A DNA stretch of 64,000 bases from an uncultured bacterium (GTDB lineage: Bacteria; Zixibacteria; MSB-5A5; CAIYYT01): contig CAVPQS010000034.1 in assembly GCA_963707485.1 (NCBI GenBank), forward strand, positions 6,889-70,888, written 5' to 3'. Of the stretch, positions 57,437-64,000 are shown piece after piece. A model generated the notes under the pieces. The model worked only from the letters and a program-made list of their open reading frames with translations. It had not been told where the DNA came from and did no database searches. The stretch's first letter is position 1, and each line of letters begins with the position of its first letter. The translations under genes were made by a program, and so were the position numbers.

Positions 57437-58465
57437 TTAGATCGTATCGTGTGCGTCGGCGGCACCATTTGGCGATGGACGCGAGAGCAACTTTCGATTC
57501 ACGAGGAAATGCTTCAAGCGGGGGAACCGGTGTCGAACGATGATGACTGCGGGGCGGCGTTCGGCGCCGAGAGATTCTTTGAAGTGCTCGAGAGATTTGC
57601 GGCCAAGACTCAGTCCGTGGCTGTAGAGTCTTACACCGGCGCCGGTCATGCGCTTGACGATAGTAGCGTGCACAAGGTACATGGCGCGCAGGTGCTGGTA
57701 TTCGTAATTGAATCCACCGAAGAGGTAGGCGCCGGTTTCATCATACTGACCAAAGATTGCGCCGGCGATGGGAGTGTCATTATAGAAGGCGATGGCAATT
57801 TCGACGCGGCTGTCGGGATAGGAAAAGAGCCGCGCCATGCGATCCTGCCGATGGAAAGAAGCGTGCGGGTCCTGTTTTTGCCAACGCTGGACCGAGTGTT
57901 GGTAGACGTCGTAAAACGTCTGCAGGGTCTCGCCTTTTCCGAAACGAATCTCGACATTTTCTCGTTCGGCTTTGCGAATGAAGCGGCGCTCGACGGCTTT
58001 GCGATTGAACCACTCGTCATAGGAATCGCGCAGGGGGATCATGTGGTAGTCATAGGAACTCTGGTAATCGAATTTGAGCAGGTCGAATTCGTGTTTGTGC
58101 TGAGTATAAATTTCCTGCGGCAATTGTAACGTGATGACACAGCCTTTGGGCAGCATGGCGAGCCGGTCGAAAACGCTGCTGTCGATGTCTTTGACGCCGA
58201 GCAAACTGTTGATTTGAGCTCCGGCATAGTTTGCGGTCGGGATGACTTTGAATTGATTCGACTTGCGCAGTGAGAAGGGCAGAAACAAGTCGCCAGCCTC
58301 GAAGATGAAAGTATTCCGCCAGGAGACATCCATACTCGATCCGTACTCGGGGCCGCTGGTGGGTCCCGGCGAGATACCGGTGCGGTCGATAGCTTTCTGC
58401 CAGGGAATTACATGGTGGTTTTCGAAAGGGACTAACTGCATATTACGGACACTTGATTCACTCAC
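57437..58465 (-). CDS. GNAT-family (FemAB/Acetyltransf_6-like) acyltransferase
   Basis: RRFIRKAERE, FYDVYQHS, IAGAIF, YLFGG and LEHFKESLGA motifs. Confidence 0.78.
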   Translation of the reverse strand: MSESSVRNMQLVPFENHHVIPWQKAIDRTGISPGPTSGPEYGSSMDVSWRNTFIFEAGDLFLPFSLRKSNQFKVIPTANYAGAQINSLLGVKDIDSSVFDRLAMLPKGCVITLQLPQEIYTQHKHEFDLLKFDYQSSYDYHMIPLRDSYDEWFNRKAVERRFIRKAERENVEIRFGKGETLQTFYDVYQHSVQRWQKQDPHASFHRQDRMARLFSYPDSRVEIAIAFYNDTPIAGAIFGQYDETGAYLFGGFNYEYQHLRAMYLVHATIVKRMTGAGVRLYSHGLSLGRKSLEHFKESLGAERRPAVIIVRHRFPRLKHFLVNRKLLSRPSPNGAADAHDTI

Positions 58466-58519
58466 ACAAATTGCCGGCGACAGGTCGTCAAAGGAACTTT
58501 CCGACTCTGTCTGCTTCTG

Positions 58520-58548
58520 TTGACAATCCTACACAGTAGTTATATGTT
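58520..58548 (+). promoter_or_regulatory. Sigma70-type promoter for yajQ
   Basis: TTGACA (58520-58525), 17-nt spacer, TATGTT (58543-58548). Confidence 0.6.
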
Positions 58549-58594
58549 CCGCACAGGAATAATTGGTTGAGGAAGGGAGTAGACTCGAAAAATT

Positions 58595-59092
58595 ATGGCA
58601 CAGAACTTTTCGTTCGATATTGTCTCTAAGGTTGAGTTGCATGAAGTAGCAAATGCAATCAATCAGGCGATGAAGGAGATTTCGCAACGGTTTGACTTTC
58701 GCGGAACCAAAGCGGAGATTACGCTGAATCAAAAGGATCAGCAAATTGTCCTGATTGCAGAGAGCAACATTCAGCTTCAGAATATCTTGGATATTCTGCA
58801 CGCCCGGTTGGCGAAGCGCAATGTCCCCCACAAGGCGTTGATTTACGGCAAGGTCGAAGACGCTTTTGCGGGGACACTCCGGCAAGAGATTAAGCTGCAA
58901 TCCGGAATTGAGACCGAAAAATGCAAAGAAATCGTGAAGATCATCAAGGAACTGAAACTAAAGGTGCAGGCTTCGATTCAGGAAAATCAAGTGCGCGTGA
59001 CCGGCGCCAAGAAGGATGATCTTCAGGAAGTGATGAAGATACTCAAGGCGCGCGATCTTCCGTTTCATATTGAGTTTGCTAATTTTCGGTAG
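58595..59092 (+). CDS. yajQ: YajQ family nucleotide/c-di-GMP-binding protein
   Basis: SFDIVSKV..HEVANA, RFDFRG, KVQASIQ..QVRVTG.KKDDLQ and NFR C-terminus. Confidence 0.96.
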   Translation: MAQNFSFDIVSKVELHEVANAINQAMKEISQRFDFRGTKAEITLNQKDQQIVLIAESNIQLQNILDILHARLAKRNVPHKALIYGKVEDAFAGTLRQEIKLQSGIETEKCKEIVKIIKELKLKVQASIQENQVRVTGAKKDDLQEVMKILKARDLPFHIEFANFR

Positions 59093-59120
59093 GATTCGGA
59101 ACACTATTTACTGAAATCGT

Positions 59121-59150
59121 GTGGGGCGAGTCTGGACTCACCCCACAAAA
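59121..59150. terminator. Hairpin between convergent yajQ and DUF1579 genes
   Basis: GTGGGG-C-GAGTC-TG-GACTC-A-CCCCAC followed by AAAA, giving a T run on the minus strand. Confidence 0.6.
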
Positions 59151-59158
59151 GAGGTCAG

Positions 59159-59725
59159 CTACTTGCGCTTGGTGTAGACTGCGGTGGTTGCGGTCATGAA
59201 GGTTTTGCCGCCGTCCGCTGAACTTTCCATGCTCCACTCGAACTTGGTCGGGGTTTCGTTGAAGGTTGTCATGCGGGTGGTCATTTTCTGTCCCTGCATC
59301 ATGTCTTCGCCGGTAAGGACGGTCTTGCCGTTCGCTTTTGTTCCGGTTAGGAGGGAAATTCTGGCGCCAAGGTTGTCGGCCCATGCGCTCTGCCAGAGTT
59401 TGGTTTCGCGATCATAGGTTTGCAGCATGAAGCCTTTGAAGGGCATTCCCATCGCTGTGCTTTCATAGTTCATCATTAATGCCGCACTATCGGCAACGTA
59501 GCTGTAGGTTGCCGTGCCTTTCTCTTCTGTCCATTCGGTGGCAGTAGGATCCCATTTGGATTTCATGACAACATCCCAAGTCCCGACGAGCCAAGCCAGG
59601 TCCTTAATCTCGTTGGGTGCGCCCATTTCCGGCACGGCGGTTTCTTTTTTGTCCTGTGCCGGGGCAAGTGTCGCCATTGTCAAACATAGCGCGATAATTG
59701 CCAATATGAGTTTCAATGTCTTCAT
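59159..59725 (-). CDS. DUF1579 family secreted protein
   Basis: Signal peptide, LAWLVGTW, MGMPFKG..TYD..TKLWQSAWADN motifs. Confidence 0.85.
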   Translation of the reverse strand: MKTLKLILAIIALCLTMATLAPAQDKKETAVPEMGAPNEIKDLAWLVGTWDVVMKSKWDPTATEWTEEKGTATYSYVADSAALMMNYESTAMGMPFKGFMLQTYDRETKLWQSAWADNLGARISLLTGTKANGKTVLTGEDMMQGQKMTTRMTTFNETPTKFEWSMESSADGGKTFMTATTAVYTKRK

Positions 59726-59978
59726 AACATTCCTCCAAGAATTGCTAAATTGGTTTTCAAAAATTACACACTTTGAGGCAACTTGATATTATTGACCAAT
59801 GTCGTCAATCATTTTTCGCCTCGCATATATCTTTTCCGTTTGTACGGTGATTCCTTTGGCGATTTATAGGTGCGGGAACCTCCGTGGCTGACAAGTGTAT
59901 TTATTGTTGACACTTAGCGCGATTGTTCGTGATATGGTGCTGCGAAGTTGCGAAGATTGATGGAATACGGAGGAACTG

Positions 59979-60707
59979 ATGCCCAGACTTTTTGAAAGAA
60001 TTTCACTAACATTAGTAATTGCACTCGCTTGTGTAGCACCGGCGCTCGCGCAAGCCCGACTTGAGATCGATGAGACGACTTTTAACTTCGGGTATATTCC
60101 GCAAACCGGAAAGGTCGCGCATTCCTATGTGATGAGAAGCAAGGGCACGGATTCGTTGAAGATATTGAGCGTCAAGCCAGGCTGCGGATGCACGAAAGCG
60201 CCAATCAAAAAGGAAGTCGTGGCGCCCGGCGATTCGACGGCTGTGGAATTGATCTTCACGTCAGCGGAGTCGTATCGCGGCGAGGTGCAAAAGTCTGCGA
60301 CCGTGACTTGTAATGACGACGCGCGCGGAACATTCATGCTTCGCTTCAAAGCGACGTTGAACACTTTCCCGGACTCCGCCAAGCCGGCGCAGCTTTCGCC
60401 ATGGGGAGTCGGCTATGCGGCGGCCAATCGCAATTCTGAAACAAGTATCACCATCAAGAACGTATCGACCGAGCCACTCAATCTGGCATTCGTGAGCTAT
60501 CCGCAGGAATTTATCAATGTGACACTTCCGAGCGGAGATATCGCTCCGGGCAAGTCGGCCACGATCAAGGTCAAGGTATCCCCAACTTGTACCGAAAAGG
60601 AATTTGAAAAGTCATTCACGTTTACGACGGGGTCGAGTCCCGATGCCCAACGTTACACGGTACCGGTGGTGCTGGGAAACTCAGCGACAGAGACATCTGC
60701 GCACTAA
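59979..60707 (+). CDS. DUF1573-domain secreted protein with a second Ig-like domain
   Basis: Signal peptide, FNFGYI, VKPGCGCT, PGDS and KSATVTCND motifs. Confidence 0.85.
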   Translation: MPRLFERISLTLVIALACVAPALAQARLEIDETTFNFGYIPQTGKVAHSYVMRSKGTDSLKILSVKPGCGCTKAPIKKEVVAPGDSTAVELIFTSAESYRGEVQKSATVTCNDDARGTFMLRFKATLNTFPDSAKPAQLSPWGVGYAAANRNSETSITIKNVSTEPLNLAFVSYPQEFINVTLPSGDIAPGKSATIKVKVSPTCTEKEFEKSFTFTTGSSPDAQRYTVPVVLGNSATETSAH

Positions 60708-60729
60708 ATCACAAAGTCGATAGAAAATG

Positions 60730-60762
60730 AGAAAGACGGAGTCGAGCGATTCCGTCTTTTTT
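60730..60762. terminator. Terminator between convergent DUF1573 and pepA genes
   Basis: AAAGACGGA-N10-TCCGTCTTT followed by a T run. Confidence 0.7.
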
Positions 60763-60789
60763 TGTGTCGAAAGAGGTATGAAGCTCGAA

Positions 60790-62238
60790 TTAGGCGAGAG
60801 TGCGAGCAAGTCTCACAATTGTTTTGATGCCGAAACCTTTGGCGCCTTTGCCGAGGTGGTCGAGCGGGTTTTCTTTGCCGCCGGGACCGGCGATATCGAG
60901 GTGCGCCCATTTGGCGTCATCGCTGACCCATTCTTTCAGGAACACGGCAGCCGTGATGGCTCCGCCCCAGGCGTCGCCGCGATTCTTGACATCGGCAATT
61001 GTAGTGCGAATTTTCTTGGAGTGAGGCATGAAGAGCGGCAGTTCCCAATAGAGTTCGCCTTCTTTGCTGCCCGAGTCGACGATATTCTGCGCGAGAGCTG
61101 AGTCATTTGAGAAGAGCCCGGCGATTTCTTCGCCAAGGGCGACGACGCAAGCTCCGGTGAGTGTGGCGGAATCGATGATCCAATCAGGTTTCCGTTCGCC
61201 GGCGAGCGCTAATCCATCGGCCAGAATGAGGCGGCCCTCGGCGTCGGTATGTTCGACTTCGATCGTTTTACCGGATCGCGTGGTCAGCACGGCGGAGGTG
61301 TGCATCGATTCGCCGGAGATGTCGTTTTCGGCAAGCGGGGTGATGACAGTGACTTTGATCGGCAACTTCAGACGCGAAATTGCACAAGCCGCGCCAAACA
61401 TCATGGCCGCGCCGCCCATGTCGTACTTCATGCCGATTTGCGAAGCTGCGGGTTTGATGCCATAACCGCCGGTGTCGTAGGTTACGCCCTTGCCGACAAG
61501 ACAGAGGTGCTTCTTTGCACCGCGCGGAGTATACACGGCGATGACCATTCGCGGTTTCGCCTTGGCGCCGATGCCGACGCCGTAGGTTCCGCCGCAACGT
61601 TCTTTGAGCAGGCGCTTTTCGTCCCAGACAGTGACTTTGAGACCAGAGCGACGTCCAAGTTTCTGAAATTCGCGGGCGAGCACGGGCGGGTTCATTACGT
61701 TGGGCGGCTCGTTCAAGAGGTCGCGGGCAGAGTTGACACACTCGAAGATGACCTCGTTTTCCTTGAGTTTCTTCGATATCGCGGTGTTGCTGCGAATTCC
61801 GGCAACAACAACGCTCAGCGGTTGGGCTTTTTTCGACAGGTATTTGTCAAATATATATCCGCCAAGGATCGCGCCTTCGTGAACGGCATACATCCAGTCA
61901 ACATGGCGATCGCTGAGCGAGACGACGACCCGTTTGCATTTTTCTTTTGGGGCGTCGGCGATTGCGCTGGCGACGGCTTTCTTCATTTCGCGCATGGTAT
62001 CGGAGTATTTGGCGTCAAGGCGGATCGTGCGAATCAAAATTTCGGCGCCTTTGATTTTGCCGCGAAAAGTTGTTAAGGCTCCGCCGGCATCGGGATTGGT
62101 TTGTGCCGCAGCCTGGATTTCACGAGCGAGAGAGGTCTTGGGAATCATGCCTTTTTTCTCGTCGAGAAAGGGGAGCAGCAAGTAGTCTCCGTCACGAAGC
62201 TGCAATGTTGGTGCGAGGCTGAATTTTGGTATTGCCAT
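60790..62238 (-). CDS. pepA: Leucyl aminopeptidase (M17)
   Basis: VGKGVTYDTGG, MKYDMGG, HTDAEGRL and ATLTG motifs. Start moved to ATG 62238. Confidence 0.93.
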   Translation of the reverse strand: MAIPKFSLAPTLQLRDGDYLLLPFLDEKKGMIPKTSLAREIQAAAQTNPDAGGALTTFRGKIKGAEILIRTIRLDAKYSDTMREMKKAVASAIADAPKEKCKRVVVSLSDRHVDWMYAVHEGAILGGYIFDKYLSKKAQPLSVVVAGIRSNTAISKKLKENEVIFECVNSARDLLNEPPNVMNPPVLAREFQKLGRRSGLKVTVWDEKRLLKERCGGTYGVGIGAKAKPRMVIAVYTPRGAKKHLCLVGKGVTYDTGGYGIKPAASQIGMKYDMGGAAMMFGAACAISRLKLPIKVTVITPLAENDISGESMHTSAVLTTRSGKTIEVEHTDAEGRLILADGLALAGERKPDWIIDSATLTGACVVALGEEIAGLFSNDSALAQNIVDSGSKEGELYWELPLFMPHSKKIRTTIADVKNRGDAWGGAITAAVFLKEWVSDDAKWAHLDIAGPGGKENPLDHLGKGAKGFGIKTIVRLARTLA

Positions 62239-62257
62239 GTCTATTCCTTTCGAAATC

Positions 62258-63007
62258 TCATTTCTTGGCTTTGCCCTGATTGGCGACAGATTCAATTGCC
62301 TGTTTGATTTTCTCAGGATCGCCAAGGTAATAATTCTTGATCGGCTTCAAGTCGGCGTCCAACTCATATACGAGCGGTAACGCGGTCGGGATGTTTAAAC
62401 TGATGATTTTTTCGTCGGAAAGATTGTCCAAGTACTTGACCATCGCGCGGATGCTGTTGCCGTGAGCCGCGATAAGGACCTTTTGTCCGGACTTGATAGT
62501 CGGCGCAATCGACTCGTGCCAGAAGGGCAACACGCGAGCGACGGTGTCTTTGAGACACTCGGTGAGCGGAAGCTGCTCCCTGGTGAGTGACTTGTAGCGC
62601 GGGTCGTTGCCGGGGAAACGCGCATCGGTTGGTTCCAATTCCGGCGGAGGAATGTCATAGCTGCGGCGCCAGATCAAGACCTGGTCCTCGCCGAACTTGG
62701 CGGCGGTTTCTGATTTATCGAGGCCCTGAAGCGCACCGTAGTGGCGTTCGTTGAGCCGCCAACTGCGAATGACGGGAATCCACATGAGGTCCATGCCGTC
62801 GAGCGTTAGCCAGAGCGTGCGGATAGCGCGTTTTAGGACCGATGTGTAGGCGATGTCGAAAGTGTAGCCGGCGCTTTTGAGCGTAATGGCGGCGGCGCGG
62901 GCTTCCTGCACGCCGGTTTCGGAAAGGTCGACGTCAGTCCAGCCGGTGAAGCGATTTTCTTTGTTCCAGGTGGACTCGCCGTGTCGTAGCAGCACCAGTT
63001 TATGCAA
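62258..63007 (-). CDS. gpmA: 2,3-bisphosphoglycerate-dependent phosphoglycerate mutase
   Basis: [20 protein letters not shown] and AHGNS motifs. TTG start with a GGAGG RBS. Confidence 0.97.
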   Translation of the reverse strand: MHKLVLLRHGESTWNKENRFTGWTDVDLSETGVQEARAAAITLKSAGYTFDIAYTSVLKRAIRTLWLTLDGMDLMWIPVIRSWRLNERHYGALQGLDKSETAAKFGEDQVLIWRRSYDIPPPELEPTDARFPGNDPRYKSLTREQLPLTECLKDTVARVLPFWHESIAPTIKSGQKVLIAAHGNSIRAMVKYLDNLSDEKIISLNIPTALPLVYELDADLKPIKNYYLGDPEKIKQAIESVANQGKAKK

Positions 63008-63184
63008 TGTTCATATCCTCCAATGTTGAAGTAATGGTCGTTAGTGAGAATGCAGCAAGCGGCGTCATTTTACAAGTCAATTAGCAAAGGAGCCGGATTG
63101 GCGATTGTAGCGACGAATTGACATTGCATTTGATTTTGTGAAGCCGAGGCTGCGGTAGAACTCACTTTCCATAGAGTCCATTTC

Positions 63185-63481
63185 CTAAACGGCGATCCAG
63201 TCGGCGAGGAAGCTCTGGTGCTTGCCCGGATTGAATTCAATCAATTCGTATTCGGCGAGATTGTCGCGCTTGTAGGGATCGTCGGCGATCATTTTCCTGA
63301 TTTGCTCTTCCGAGTTTGCGCGCGCGATAATCAAGCCGCCGGTACGAGGATTGCGCGGTCCGGACAGCAAGATCACTCCGGCGTCGACTTGACGCTGCAG
63401 GTGCTCGCGATGCTCGGGGAGGGTAGGCGCGATTTTCTCGAAGGGGACGGAATAGTTGATAAGGATGAGAAAGTGATGCAT
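63185..63481 (-). CDS. YciI-family protein
   Basis: PEHREHL, SGPR...GGLII and DDPY motifs. Confidence 0.9.
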   Translation of the reverse strand: MHHFLILINYSVPFEKIAPTLPEHREHLQRQVDAGVILLSGPRNPRTGGLIIARANSEEQIRKMIADDPYKRDNLAEYELIEFNPGKHQSFLADWIAV

Positions 63482-63617
63482 GTGTTTCTCCTGTTAAACA
63501 AACATATCGAAAAAGGTAAGTCGGTGGCAACATCAATCTTGCCGGTCCGATTAATCCGCCAAACGAGCCGGCGGCGCCGTATCATGGACGAAGCACAAAT
63601 TGGAAAGGTAGATTTAT

Positions 63618-63797
63618 TTGGTCGACAATTCACATTATCATGTTTGCCCATACTGCAAAAAGACACAGGTATGCACAGAGAGTTGCTACTCCGGTCGGAT
63701 CACGAATTTGATTTGCGGCGAATGCAAGGCAAAGTGGCAGGGTGAGATGGTGGAGATCAAGAAGCACGGCACGGAGTGGCTAAATGAGCCGGGATAG
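63618..63797 (+). CDS. Uncalled 59-aa Cys-rich (CxxC...CxxC) protein
   Basis: TTG 63618 with AAGGT about 8 nt upstream. Reads MVDNSHYHVCPYCKKTQVCTESCYSGRITNLICGECKAKWQGEMVEIKKHGTEWLNEPG* (TAG 63795-63797), just under the track's 60-aa cutoff. Confidence 0.55.
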   Translation: MVDNSHYHVCPYCKKTQVCTESCYSGRITNLICGECKAKWQGEMVEIKKHGTEWLNEPG

Positions 63798-63882
63798 TCT
63801 CTCCCGAAATTAACAACTCCCACCCCAGCCATACCGAAGTACCAGCCGGAGTGAGAGTGAATTAACAACGACCAGCGATGAC

Positions 63883-63999
63883 TTAGTTGTCGGACTCGAC
63901 TGTGTGAACTATTGCAGTGTTGTTCGTCCACATCACGGTTGAGCCAACCGGAATCGTCATGCTGGGCAAGGTTGAGCCGGTGATCGAGAAGTTGAACTG
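63883..63999 (-). CDS. 3' end of a cupredoxin-like protein running off the window end
   Basis: Reads QFNFSITGSTLPSMTIPVGSTVMWTNNTAIVHTVESDN*, resembling the plastocyanin-like T-I-x-x-G-x-T-V-x-W-x-N...H-T-V segment. Confidence 0.5.
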   Translation of the reverse strand, partial: QFNFSITGSTLPSMTIPVGSTVMWTNNTAIVHTVESDN

Positions 64000-64000
64000 G

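Noticed and set aside
63218-63745. 175-aa plus-strand ORF in the track
   Set aside because: Mostly antisense to yciI and without motifs; the Cys-rich frame at 63618-63797 is more plausible.
1-64000. CRISPR arrays, tRNA/rRNA genes, IS elements
   Set aside because: No regularly spaced repeats, cloverleaf motifs, rRNA-like sequence or transposase ORFs seen by eye. A tRNAscan/Infernal run would be needed to exclude small RNAs.

Overview
A 64 kb stretch of core bacterial chromosome from a diderm (LPS-making) organism, densely coding on both strands. I saw no rRNA, tRNA, CRISPR array, prophage or IS element. A cohesin-like protein with an FlgD-Ig/T9SS-type tail and a cohesin-dockerin protein suggest an FCB-group lineage such as candidate phylum Zixibacteria; this is inference only. 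Content in order: queF 3' end, MBL hydrolase, HisJ-type PHP phosphatase, 3-methyladenine glycosylase, gdhA; msbA with LPS-core glycosyltransferases, rel, comF, xerD and a GGDEF protein; a TPR-bearing GT-C protein and an OPT transporter; a long minus-strand run (ctpA, methyltransferase, cdd, deoC, pdp, small Cys-rich protein, archaemetzincin-like protein, DUF1998 helicase); a second ctpA; ogt, an M29 aminopeptidase and ktrBA; an FMN riboswitch ahead of ribD-ribE-ribBA-ribH-nusB; a DUF2723/GT4/UPF0104 cluster; two tandem CapK/PaaK-like ligases; surE, an mhqO/mhqD-like pair, yajQ, pepA, gpmA and yciI. Main points the ORF track misses or that merit follow-up: (1) a HesB/IscA-like selenoprotein split at an in-frame UGA, with a SECIS-like hairpin; (2) an archaemetzincin homologue lacking its whole catalytic HExxHxxGxxH motif, coupled to a Cys-rich microprotein between the deo genes and the helicase; (3) a readable terminator/antiterminator switch for the FMN riboswitch; (4) an uncalled 59-aa CxxC/CxxC protein; (5) non-catalytic cohesin/dockerin proteins and two GT-C genes resembling protein O-mannosyltransferases. 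All family assignments come from motif recognition by eye, not database searches.
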